Source: a virus (lineage: Duplodnaviria; Heunggongvirae; Uroviricota; Caudoviricetes). From it: 64,000 nt of DNA. This document shows, in pieces, positions 9,540-18,342 of the stretch. Positions within the stretch are counted from its first letter, which is position 1; each line of letters starts with the position of its first letter. The stretch lies in the IMG/VR virus record IMGVR_UViG_3300031998_000020, one strand, 5' to 3'. The notes under the pieces were generated by a model. That model was given only the letters and a program-made list of their open reading frames with translations. It did no database searches and was not told the DNA's origin. Both the position numbers and the translations under genes were made by a program.

Positions 9540-9655
9540 GGGCCCTTCGTGTTGGCGGTACTTCGAATAATGGCGTGAATTCAGGTCTCGTGTACTCGAA
9601 TTCGAATAACACCCCCTCGAATACGAATACGAATTATGGCTTTCAGCTAAGTTTT
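9540..9655 (+). repeat. DGR template region (TR)
   Basis: AAY-codon-rich in the VR frame (GTSNNGVNSGLVYSNSNNTPSNTNTNYGFQL); 28 adenines, 20 substituted in VR; lies between accessory gene and RT. Confidence 0.97.
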
Positions 9656-9752
9656 TATGTTCCTGGATTAGCTCAGGAACCTGCGCCAAGGACCTCACTA
9701 TTTAAGTGAAAAATTTAAAGTGTTAAATAGGTTTTGGTAATCTGAAACATAG

Positions 9753-10814
9753 ATGAAGAATCCTCTAACATTAAAAACTGACATGAAGAGATATAATAAT
9801 CTTTTTGATGAAATAATTTCCATAGAGAATCTTAGAATAGCAGACAGCAAGGCACGAAAAGGCAAAACGGAAAGCTATGGTGTTCGTCTTCATGACAAGA
9901 AGAGGGAAGAAAACATTCAAAAGCTCCATCAAATATTGAAGGACGGACGATTCAGGACTTCAAATTATTGTGTTTTTAAAATATATGAGCCAAAGGAAAG
10001 GGACATATACAGGCTTCCGTACTATCCTGACAGAATCGTACACCATGCAATAATGAACGTCCTGGAACCTATTTGGGTTAATATTTTCACGGCCGATACA
10101 TGTTCATGCATCAAAAGGCGTGGAATAATGGAAGCATATAGAAGGACAAAAAGATACCTAAAAGACAAAGAAGGGACTAAATATTGCCTGAAAATCGATA
10201 TAAGAAAATACTATCCATCTATTCAGCATGACAAACTGAAAGAAATCATAAGAAAGAAAATCAAGGACAGGAGACTGTTGGCTTTGCTGGATGAGATTAT
10301 AGACTCGGCAGACGGTGTGCCTATAGGGAATTATCTTTCTCAATATTTTGCCAATTTATATCTTGCCTATTTCGACCATTACGTGAAAGAGGTTTTAAAG
10401 GTAAAATACTATGTGAGGTATGCTGATGACATGGTGTTTTTTGCTTCCACCAAGGAGGAATTGACTTTTATTTTTGAAAAAGTCAAGCAATACATTGGTG
10501 ATTTGTCATTAAGTCTGAAAGGTAATGAACAAATATTCCCTGTTGGTAGCAATCGCCAAGACAGGCATAAAAGAGGAATTGATTTTGTTGGATATGTCTT
10601 CTATCATAACCAGATATTAATAAGGAAATCAATCAAGAAAGCCTTTGTCGGAAAAGCAAGTTATCTAAATAAAAAGAGGGGTTTGTCGGATATGTCATAC
10701 AAGCAAGGTATTGCTTCCTGGTGGGGATGGCTTAAAACCTCGAATTCTCATAACTTAAGAAAAAAAATGATAAGACCGTTGATATTGACAAGTTTAGAAA
10801 AGAGGAGAAAATAG
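9753..10814 (+). CDS. DGR reverse transcriptase
   Basis: LKIDIRKYY, GVPIGNYLSQYFANLYL (DGR-type SQ), YVRYADD, IDFVGY; no maturase or endonuclease extension; alternative start ATG 9783 (MKRY). Confidence 0.95.
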   Translation: MKNPLTLKTDMKRYNNLFDEIISIENLRIADSKARKGKTESYGVRLHDKKREENIQKLHQILKDGRFRTSNYCVFKIYEPKERDIYRLPYYPDRIVHHAIMNVLEPIWVNIFTADTCSCIKRRGIMEAYRRTKRYLKDKEGTKYCLKIDIRKYYPSIQHDKLKEIIRKKIKDRRLLALLDEIIDSADGVPIGNYLSQYFANLYLAYFDHYVKEVLKVKYYVRYADDMVFFASTKEELTFIFEKVKQYIGDLSLSLKGNEQIFPVGSNRQDRHKRGIDFVGYVFYHNQILIRKSIKKAFVGKASYLNKKRGLSDMSYKQGIASWWGWLKTSNSHNLRKKMIRPLILTSLEKRRK

Positions 10815-10872
10815 TTTTTTTGGATATAAAACAGTTATGTATATATTTTCCATATAAAGATTAATTTTTATA

Positions 10873-12102
10873 ATGGAAAAGAAGAAAATCAAACTTTTGG
10901 TTGTGCCTGACGATGTTCATGGCGTTGGTAAGTTCAGGTCTATTGACCCACACGTTTATCTGCAAGAGAAGTACGGTGATGAATTTGACGTTGACATTGT
11001 ATTTCTCAAAGACTTCCCACAAGACCTAACAGGGTTCCTGTCACAGTACGACTTGATACAGATGCACAAGCAGTTCGACAAGAATATGCAGGTGATGGAG
11101 ACTATTAAGTTCCTTGATATTCCTGTTATTCTGGATATTGATGACCACTTCTCTCTCGGTCCTGACCATCCAATGCATCTAACCTCTAAGCGAGAAGGCT
11201 GGGCTGACACTATCATCAAACACATCAAGGAGGCAAGTCTTGTTACTACGACAACACCTTTGTTTGCCGAGGTACTAAAGAAATATAATCCTAATGTGGC
11301 TGTCATCCCAAATGCTATCAACCCAACAGAGGCACAGTTCAATGTACCAAAGAAAAAGTCAGAGAAGATGAGGTTTGGTATTGTCTGCGGTTCTGCACAC
11401 CTTAAGGATATCGAACTTATGGAGGGTCTAATGAATCTCCCTAAAGAGGTTAAAGACAAGATGCAGATTGTAATGTGTGGATTTGACACCAACGGCACCA
11501 CAACAATCTACAATCAGAGGACTGGAGAGGTAACAAGAAGGCCAATCAGACCAGAAGAAAGTGTATGGGTTAAATACGAAGCGATTCTTTCGGACAGGTA
11601 TAGTAATCTATCACCACAGCATAAGGACTTCCTTAAGAAGTACATGGCACACGTTGATGACCCATTCGAAAACGAGAGTTACCGAAGGATGTGCACAAGA
11701 GACATCAAGCGTTATGCCACACACTACGAGAATGTGGATGTATTGCTTGCACCACTCAAGGAGAACGACTTCAACTACGTGAAGAGCCAGTTAAAGGAGA
11801 TTGAGGCTGGTTTCACAGATTGTGCCATTATAGCCCAGAATTTCGGACCTTATACAATTGATTTGAAGCCATATATACTCAAAGGTGGTGAAATCGACGA
11901 GGAAGGTAATGCTCTGCTTGTGGAGACACGTAAAAACCATAAGGATTGGGCAAAATACATCAAGTTCTGTGTGGAGCACCCAGAAGCGGTAGAGAAGATG
12001 AAGGAGAATCTCAAGAAAATGGTTCAAGAGAAGTATTCACTGGATAATGTGACTAAGGAGAGGGCAGAAATCTACAAAAACCTGTTAAATAAAGTTAAAT
12101 AA
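10873..12102 (+). CDS. Glycosyltransferase, GT-B/GT4-like
   Basis: LDIDD, VTTTTP...VIPNAI, DVLLAPL...NYVKSQLKEIEAG...AIIAQNFGPY. Confidence 0.85.
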   Translation: MEKKKIKLLVVPDDVHGVGKFRSIDPHVYLQEKYGDEFDVDIVFLKDFPQDLTGFLSQYDLIQMHKQFDKNMQVMETIKFLDIPVILDIDDHFSLGPDHPMHLTSKREGWADTIIKHIKEASLVTTTTPLFAEVLKKYNPNVAVIPNAINPTEAQFNVPKKKSEKMRFGIVCGSAHLKDIELMEGLMNLPKEVKDKMQIVMCGFDTNGTTTIYNQRTGEVTRRPIRPEESVWVKYEAILSDRYSNLSPQHKDFLKKYMAHVDDPFENESYRRMCTRDIKRYATHYENVDVLLAPLKENDFNYVKSQLKEIEAGFTDCAIIAQNFGPYTIDLKPYILKGGEIDEEGNALLVETRKNHKDWAKYIKFCVEHPEAVEKMKENLKKMVQEKYSLDNVTKERAEIYKNLLNKVK

Positions 12103-12113
12103 TTGATTATTCT

Positions 12114-12151
12114 AGGAGAGATGCAAGAAAAAAATGCATTTCTCCTTTTTT
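12114..12151 (+). terminator. Intrinsic terminator
   Basis: AGGAGAGATGCA / TGCATTTCTCCT stem plus T tract. Confidence 0.65.
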
Positions 12152-12222
12152 ATTTCAAGAAAAATACATAACTTTGTAACAGTAATTGTAAATCATAGTT
12201 TTTAACCAAAAAATTAATTAAA

Positions 12223-12813
12223 ATGGAATATTCTAAGTGGTTTGACACCTATTTTAAGAAATTGGTCAGTTTCGGTGTCCCAGAAGAGAGTGTTAACCTC
12301 CTTAAGGAGAAGTATGGTGAATCTTTGATGTCGGCAAGTATTGCTACTAAGGCTGACAGTGGCTGTGCCTATGAGGGTTCTTTGATTGAGACAGTTGTTA
12401 CCAAGGTGACGAAGTATGCTGTATTAATCAACGACCAGTTGGATGAGCGTGTAAGGGTCAACAAGAATGTTCTTTGCAAGATTTGTTTCCTCAGTCTTAT
12501 TGGTATGGCAGACAGAGTAGTGCCACAGACAGACGAGTGGAGAAAGAAGAACTTGGGCGAGTGTTACACTTACAAAGAAGGTAACGCTGCAATTCCAACA
12601 ACACTTCATTCTGTAGCCATGTGTAGTGAGTGTGGTATTAGTTTTACTCCAGAAGAGATAGAGGCTATGACTATCATTGACCGTAAGGAGGATGACAAGC
12701 AAGCTAAGTATTATAGCTCAATGCTTTCTCAGATTGTAAAGTCAGCTTACGAGCTTACTTTCACCGAGTGCAGGGAGTTGCACAAGGAAGTTGGGGGTGT
12801 ATCAAATAATTAA
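12223..12813 (+). CDS. HD-domain-like (YhaM-type) protein with degenerate metal ligands
   Basis: AYEGSL and downstream layout resemble YhaM-like HD proteins, but the expected HD position reads FLSLIG; preceded by TAACTTTG at 12169. Confidence 0.5.
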   Translation: MEYSKWFDTYFKKLVSFGVPEESVNLLKEKYGESLMSASIATKADSGCAYEGSLIETVVTKVTKYAVLINDQLDERVRVNKNVLCKICFLSLIGMADRVVPQTDEWRKKNLGECYTYKEGNAAIPTTLHSVAMCSECGISFTPEEIEAMTIIDRKEDDKQAKYYSSMLSQIVKSAYELTFTECRELHKEVGGVSNN

Positions 12814-12826
12814 TTTGAATTAAGAA

Positions 12827-13504
12827 ATGGAAGAGATTCTTTTCAAAAAATATGGCCTTTGCCCTGTAACAATTACTGGGAAAGGTAGTCAGGTTATTAC
12901 TGACGATGAGGGAGCGTTTAAGGTTGATACTGTAATATTCGAAGTTAATACAGGTACATATATAACTGTTGAAGTAGGACGTTGCAGCGAGAGCAATAAT
13001 GTCAAGTACTTTGTTAGTATCAAGCCTTCCGACGATGACTTTTTCAATTTTCAGGGAACCAAGAAGGAGCTTATGCTTAATGTATTTGCTGGTGGGCATG
13101 ATGATTGGGAAGGTGAGGCTATGGGAATTGTTTTTTCATTGCTTAGCGATTTGTTTCTCCATCCAGAATTGTTCCAGGATTGCCTTAAGAGAATCACTGC
13201 GAAAACAGGTAAGTTAGAGACATTCACATCGTATCTGAAAGAAAGCTTGGAGCTTTACGAAAACAACAAGTCTTACAGAGGAATTTCCGAGTTGTCCAAA
13301 AAGTATCATATTACTCCTATTTCTAAAGAGAAATTCATCGAGTGTGGTTTCAAGAGAACTGCTAAGTACGTCGACGAAATTATATCTAACAAGGAGTATT
13401 GCCAGAAGGTTTATGACTTTGTACGTGACAAGTCAGGATGTATGGATGCACCTGTATATAGCGTTGGTAATCTTTCAGTAGAAGATAAGTGTTACGCTTT
13501 TTAA
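12827..13504 (+). CDS. Hypothetical protein
   Basis: 225-aa ORF in operon; no recognised motif. Confidence 0.75.
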   Translation: MEEILFKKYGLCPVTITGKGSQVITDDEGAFKVDTVIFEVNTGTYITVEVGRCSESNNVKYFVSIKPSDDDFFNFQGTKKELMLNVFAGGHDDWEGEAMGIVFSLLSDLFLHPELFQDCLKRITAKTGKLETFTSYLKESLELYENNKSYRGISELSKKYHITPISKEKFIECGFKRTAKYVDEIISNKEYCQKVYDFVRDKSGCMDAPVYSVGNLSVEDKCYAF

Positions 13505-13522
13505 ACAAGAGTATAATACAAT

Positions 13523-14098
13523 ATGGTTGACGTTAAGTTTAAGAAAATTCACCCAGATGCGGTAATACCATCATACGCACATGATGGTGATATGTGTTTC
13601 GACCTGACGGCTGTATCAGTTGAGTACGATGAAAAGAATGATTCTTACATCTACCATACAGGATTACAGATGGAATTGGGTTATGGATATGGTGCAAATC
13701 TTGTCCCTCGTTCAAAGAATGTTAAGACCGAGTGTTATCTTGCCAATATGGAAGGTAAGATAGATGCCTATGGCTATAGAGGCGAGGTTATGGCTGTCTA
13801 CAAGAACAGGACATCTTGGGAGGTACGTCAGATGCTTGCTGAGTGGAACCTCATGAAGAGAGCAACAAAAGGCTTAAATTTCTCAGAGGATGAGCCAATT
13901 GGTGAGACCGTAAGGAAGTTAAGGGAGAATGCCAAGGATGGCAAGACCTCAATGCATCCTATGGATTTTGCACCGTACAAGGTTGGTGACAGAATGTGCC
14001 AGATGGAGATTATCAAGGTCATTCAGGCTAACATTATCAAATCGGATGAACTGTCTGAACCAAAGAGAGGTAACGGCTTCGGCTCAAGTGGTGACTAA
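13523..14098 (+). CDS. dut: Trimeric dUTPase with internal insertion
   Basis: MCFDL, PRS, GKIDAYGYRGEV, KVGDRMCQ, RGNGFGSSG motifs. Confidence 0.9.
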   Translation: MVDVKFKKIHPDAVIPSYAHDGDMCFDLTAVSVEYDEKNDSYIYHTGLQMELGYGYGANLVPRSKNVKTECYLANMEGKIDAYGYRGEVMAVYKNRTSWEVRQMLAEWNLMKRATKGLNFSEDEPIGETVRKLRENAKDGKTSMHPMDFAPYKVGDRMCQMEIIKVIQANIIKSDELSEPKRGNGFGSSGD

Positions 14099-14169
14099 GA
14101 AGATAGGAGAGGATTTGGATATTTCCTCTCCTTTTCTATTTTTTAATAGATTAACTAATATACATTATT

Positions 14170-14910
14170 ATGTCTAAGAATAAACAAAAAACAGATGACC
14201 AGGTCGAAAAACCTTGGATGAGTATTGTAATCTCGTCAAAAAAAGTTGGCAGTGAGCTTGAAGCTGTCGTAAAGAGATATAGAGACACCATGACATGTAA
14301 GAATGTCAATACGAAGGTTTTCTTGTTTAACAACGATGGCAGTTTAGGGCTAACCAGGTTATATGGTGAATTTCTGAAAAATGAGAGTATACCTGGCAGT
14401 ATAATGATATTTTGTCACGATGACCTCACATTCTTACGTGAGGGCTGGGATGATGAAGTTTATCGATTATTCAAAGATAACCCAGAATATGGGATTATCG
14501 GAGTTGCTGGCTCTGCTGAATTCGATGAAAGGGGTGCATGGTGGATGTACAAGGACATCTACGGTGTAGTTCTGCATCCAAACGGACTTACACGTTTTTC
14601 CCCGTTACTTAAAAAGGACTTGGAGGAAGTGTGTGTTATTGACGGTCTGTTTATGGCAGTGAACAGAGAGAGAATAAGCAAGAATTTCGACCCAGACATA
14701 AAGGGGTTCCATTTTTACGATATCGATTTCTGTCTTGCTAATTATTTGGACGGAAAATCAAAAATCGGTGTTACTACAAATATCAGGATAAAACATGATT
14801 CCGAAGGTAGTTCGGCACTATCGGAGAGTTGGGCAAAGAACAGGCAGCAAGTCGCACTGAAATATAAGGAATTTTTTCCAATTAAAGTGAAGAAGAAAAA
14901 TGGAAAGTAA
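14170..14910 (+). CDS. Glycosyltransferase family 2-like (StrF/Glyco_tranf_2_5 type)
   Basis: FCHDD, YGIIGVAG, VIDGLFMA, FHFYDIDFCL. Confidence 0.8.
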   Translation: MSKNKQKTDDQVEKPWMSIVISSKKVGSELEAVVKRYRDTMTCKNVNTKVFLFNNDGSLGLTRLYGEFLKNESIPGSIMIFCHDDLTFLREGWDDEVYRLFKDNPEYGIIGVAGSAEFDERGAWWMYKDIYGVVLHPNGLTRFSPLLKKDLEEVCVIDGLFMAVNRERISKNFDPDIKGFHFYDIDFCLANYLDGKSKIGVTTNIRIKHDSEGSSALSESWAKNRQQVALKYKEFFPIKVKKKNGK

Positions 14911-15181
14911 ACAATGTTTTGAATACATCCAAATACTGGATGAAATCTGCAATTTTCATGGTAGGCAAGCAGAACTCAACAGGGATAATCAAGCTAACAT
15001 AAATAGCTTCAATAGAGCACACCGATTGAGGAAGGTACTAATCGAAAAGCTCGAAACAATGATATATCCTGAAATAGAAGAAGCACTCCAGGAAAAGAAA
15101 GAAGAAAAAGTGCTTTTGACGGAAAATAAAGAGATTAAAAAGAAAAAGAATGTTCAAAAAGATAAGAAAAACAATAAGTAA
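14900..15181 (+). CDS. Hypothetical protein
   Basis: 93-aa ORF overlapping both neighbours. Confidence 0.6.
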   Translation: MESKQCFEYIQILDEICNFHGRQAELNRDNQANINSFNRAHRLRKVLIEKLETMIYPEIEEALQEKKEEKVLLTENKEIKKKKNVQKDKKNNK

Positions 15182-16100
15182 ATTTTTATACGCCCTTCCA
15201 TTCGGCTTGAAGGCTGGTGATGAAGTCATCACGGCTCCTACGGTTGATGGAAGTGAAGGTGCTGGAATACATCAGCAAAAGGCCACAAATAACGTTCTCA
15301 ATGATTTGCTGGAAGGTAGGGTTACAGAGGAAGTTCAAGCCCTTAGATATAGCACATTTCTAGTAGAAGAGAGAGCTAACGATTACAAGTATGTAGGTGG
15401 AGGTAGAGCTAAAAAGGTAGAAAAGCCTAAAAGTATCAGGAAGTTCAAAATGGGTAATATTGACCTTGATTACACAGGTGAGGAATCGCTCGAAATGCTT
15501 TATAAAGAGAAATACGACCTAACTGGATTTCCTACAAGAAAGGCAATTCAGGTCACAAACCGTGATAGTGTTACTCGTTTCAAGCTTGACGGGTACATTA
15601 ATAGCATTTGTGTAAATCTGGATTCAAACCCAATGACCATTAAGTTGAGATTCGAAAATGACATGCGAAGTAGGCTTATGAGGCCGTTCATCAATCATTT
15701 GCGTGATATCATGGGAAAACTCAATGAAGGCAAGGAGGAGGTAGTTAAAAAGACTATCAGTAATGAGGATGTGTTGAGTGGTATCGAGAAGATAGAGTTT
15801 ACTACATACGGTTGTTCCAATAATATCCCGAATGGTATTCATTATGTACTCTACGGTATTAAATTCAAGGAAATTAAAGACGAGGTAGAATTTGTAAGCA
15901 TTGTTTATACAGTGGATAGATACGAGGATGGTAAGAAGTTATCAGAACAGTACTATTCAGAGAAACAAGACAAACGCTATAAGAACAAGGAGGCGAAACC
16001 AGGTGCTGCTGCGTTGATTGACATTGCCAATGCAAATAAGAGCCTTGAGGGAAAGGACAAACAAGACCCACCAAGCACGGGTAGACATAATAATTTATAA
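15150..16100 (+). CDS. Hypothetical phage protein
   Basis: 316-aa ORF followed by terminator. Confidence 0.75.
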   Translation: MFKKIRKTISKFLYALPFGLKAGDEVITAPTVDGSEGAGIHQQKATNNVLNDLLEGRVTEEVQALRYSTFLVEERANDYKYVGGGRAKKVEKPKSIRKFKMGNIDLDYTGEESLEMLYKEKYDLTGFPTRKAIQVTNRDSVTRFKLDGYINSICVNLDSNPMTIKLRFENDMRSRLMRPFINHLRDIMGKLNEGKEEVVKKTISNEDVLSGIEKIEFTTYGCSNNIPNGIHYVLYGIKFKEIKDEVEFVSIVYTVDRYEDGKKLSEQYYSEKQDKRYKNKEAKPGAAALIDIANANKSLEGKDKQDPPSTGRHNNL

Positions 16101-16107
16101 AGTTTGG

Positions 16108-16141
16108 AGACTGTCATCTATTCAGGTGGCAGTCTTTTTTT
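16108..16141 (+). terminator. Intrinsic terminator
   Basis: AGACTGTCATCT / AGGTGGCAGTCT stem plus T tract. Confidence 0.7.
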
Positions 16142-16191
16142 GTTTGTTGTTGGACTTTTCATATATTATATATAGATAAAGAAAAACAGTA

Positions 16192-16890
16192 ATGGCAAAA
16201 CAGAAAATCAGGATTGGCATTGAATTGGACCATGTTATACGTAACATCAACAAACAGATTGCCAAGTACTATCAACAAGACTATGATGGCAGCATCGACC
16301 TTGACGAATTAAATTACAAGGATGACATTCTAAACGATGTGTGTGAATTCTACAGTAAAGAAGAAGTCAGGGACTTTCTATACATCAAGTATCCTTATGA
16401 GGTATTCGGCTGTGCAAATGAATGTACGAGATTTCTGATAAGAGACTTGAATGCATGGGATAAGGAACTTCTCAACCAGGAAAAGTACGATGTTGAAATA
16501 TTCTTGTATTCAATGAAAGAATTTGATTTAACGATTGCAAGCACATATTTCTTCTTAAGTAAGGCTGGTGCAAGAATCAGGGAAATTCACATGCCGAGAA
16601 ATTATGACGAACTGGAGAAACTTGGTGATGTCTTTATCACGGCAGACCCCAAAGTAGCCAGTTTCAAGAAAAAAGGAAGTATTGTTATCAAGAACAATTT
16701 CAATCAGAAAGCCCAAGACCAAGGGAACTTGGTTTATGAGGATATGAGGGACTTCCTGGATGAGGATAATAAATTAAACATTATTATAGAATGTCTAAAA
16801 ACAAAAAAGCAGAACACAAACTCATGTGGAATTTGGACCTGGATGAAATCTGCTCTTTCATCTTTAATTGGAGTCCTGAAAACAAAGTAA
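16192..16890 (+). CDS. HAD-family 5'(3')-deoxyribonucleotidase-like protein
   Basis: N-terminal IGIELDHVIR (HAD motif I-like), PYEVFGCA, TYFFLSK, DVFITADP. Confidence 0.6.
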   Translation: MAKQKIRIGIELDHVIRNINKQIAKYYQQDYDGSIDLDELNYKDDILNDVCEFYSKEEVRDFLYIKYPYEVFGCANECTRFLIRDLNAWDKELLNQEKYDVEIFLYSMKEFDLTIASTYFFLSKAGARIREIHMPRNYDELEKLGDVFITADPKVASFKKKGSIVIKNNFNQKAQDQGNLVYEDMRDFLDEDNKLNIIIECLKTKKQNTNSCGIWTWMKSALSSLIGVLKTK

Positions 16891-17177
16891 ATGGTGTTAT
16901 TGATGGTAAAATCAACAGTATCATCAAAGAAACATATGAGGCTGGCAATTCTACAGACAAGCTTGCTCTTAAAGAAAAGGTTGTAACTGAAAACAAGGTA
17001 CAAAACATTACATCAGAACAAAGAATGAGAATGGAACTTGTTATGTGGTTGCTGGACGGCTTGAATACCACTTACATACGAACGGAAGATAATCTCCCCG
17101 ACGGGGAAATTGAATCAAGTACGCTGGCAGAGAAAGTGATTGTAAACACACTCTACCGATACGGATTTCTTATTTAA
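16791..17177 (+). CDS. Hypothetical protein
   Basis: 128-aa ORF overlapping the previous gene by 100 nt. Confidence 0.7.
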   Translation: MSKNKKAEHKLMWNLDLDEICSFIFNWSPENKVNGVIDGKINSIIKETYEAGNSTDKLALKEKVVTENKVQNITSEQRMRMELVMWLLDGLNTTYIRTEDNLPDGEIESSTLAEKVIVNTLYRYGFLI

Positions 17178-17201
17178 TTGATTTTAATATTATATCAGAT
17201 A

Positions 17202-18326
17202 ATGTCAAACAAAGATTTAGAAAAGAAAATTTCTATTGTCAAGGCAGAAATTGACAAAATAGACAAGAAGGAAAGTAATGTATTCTTCTATGTAATTGAT
17301 ACTGAGGGATATGCATCAGGTAGCCTTGCATATATCTATCAGCTTGCAAAGTTCCTTTATGATGATGGATACAATGTGAAGATGATATACCAGACTGATG
17401 GTAACGGTAAAGAGAAGGAAGAGTTTGTCGGTGTTGGAGGCTGGCTTGGAGAGGAATATGCTTCACTTCCACATTACGATACTCGGAGTAAGACAGGCAT
17501 TGATATTAACCAGTCAGACATCCTCTTTATTCCTGACATCTATTCACAGGTGATGGCTCAGACAAAGCATCTTCCTTGTAAGAGGATTGCGATTTTCCAG
17601 AACTTTGACTTTGTCGTATCACAAATGCCTTATTCTGCACAGTGGGGTGACTATGGTATCAAAGATGTACTTACCAACACAAAGGAGAATGCTGAGTTAA
17701 TCAAGTCTATCTTCCCATACGTCAAGACAACGGTTGTTGACCCATTCATCGAGAAGAGGTTTGGCTGTGGTCAGGAGCCAAAGAAGATGATTGTGAATGT
17801 AATTTCAAAGAATCAGGATGATACTGTTCGACTGATGAAGCCGTTCTTCTGGAAGTATCCTGATTTTAAGTGGATTACATTCAGAGACTTGAGTGGCATG
17901 TCAAAGGAGAACTTTGCTAATTGTCTCAGGGAGGGTGCAATTACCGTATGGATGGATGAGAATGCATCATTCGGATACTCAGCTATTGAGGCGATGAAGA
18001 GTAATAACGTGGTGTTCGGTAAGCTACCAAAGGAAACCAAGGAGTGGATGCTTGACGAAAACGGCAATCTAACTGACTGTTGTATTTGGTTTGATGACAT
18101 CAACAAGTTACACCAAAACCTGGCCATTGTAATCAGGTCTTTCTTGAAGGACGGTATTCCAGATAAGGTATTCAAGTCACAGGAGAGGGCTAAGAATCTG
18201 TATTCAGAAGAGAGAACAAAGGCAGAAATACTCGAATATGTCAAGAACCAGCTTGCCGACAGGAAGAATGTTCTCGAAGAGTTTATCAGACTCGCAAACA
18301 AAGAAATTGAAAAGGATAAGGATTAA
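17202..18326 (+). CDS. Glycosyltransferase, GT-B/GT4-like
   Basis: GSLAYIYQLA, ILFIPDIY, AIFQNF, ASFGYSAIEAMKS...VFG; ATG 17202 (track TTG 17178). Confidence 0.75.
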   Translation: MSNKDLEKKISIVKAEIDKIDKKESNVFFYVIDTEGYASGSLAYIYQLAKFLYDDGYNVKMIYQTDGNGKEKEEFVGVGGWLGEEYASLPHYDTRSKTGIDINQSDILFIPDIYSQVMAQTKHLPCKRIAIFQNFDFVVSQMPYSAQWGDYGIKDVLTNTKENAELIKSIFPYVKTTVVDPFIEKRFGCGQEPKKMIVNVISKNQDDTVRLMKPFFWKYPDFKWITFRDLSGMSKENFANCLREGAITVWMDENASFGYSAIEAMKSNNVVFGKLPKETKEWMLDENGNLTDCCIWFDDINKLHQNLAIVIRSFLKDGIPDKVFKSQERAKNLYSEERTKAEILEYVKNQLADRKNVLEEFIRLANKEIEKDKD

Positions 18327-18342
18327 TTAAGAAAGGAACGAA

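Noticed and set aside
9507-9698. 63-aa minus-strand ORF over the TR
   Set aside because: Shadow ORF antisense to the non-coding template; no promoter or recognisable product.
9753-10814. RT as group II intron, retron or CRISPR-associated RT
   Set aside because: No maturase/endonuclease or Cas1 fusion; SQ motif and an adjacent adenine-specific TR/VR pair identify a DGR.
12262-12291. Similarity of spacer 7 (reverse complement) to gene 12223 (about 18/30)
   Set aside because: Too many mismatches; within chance expectation.
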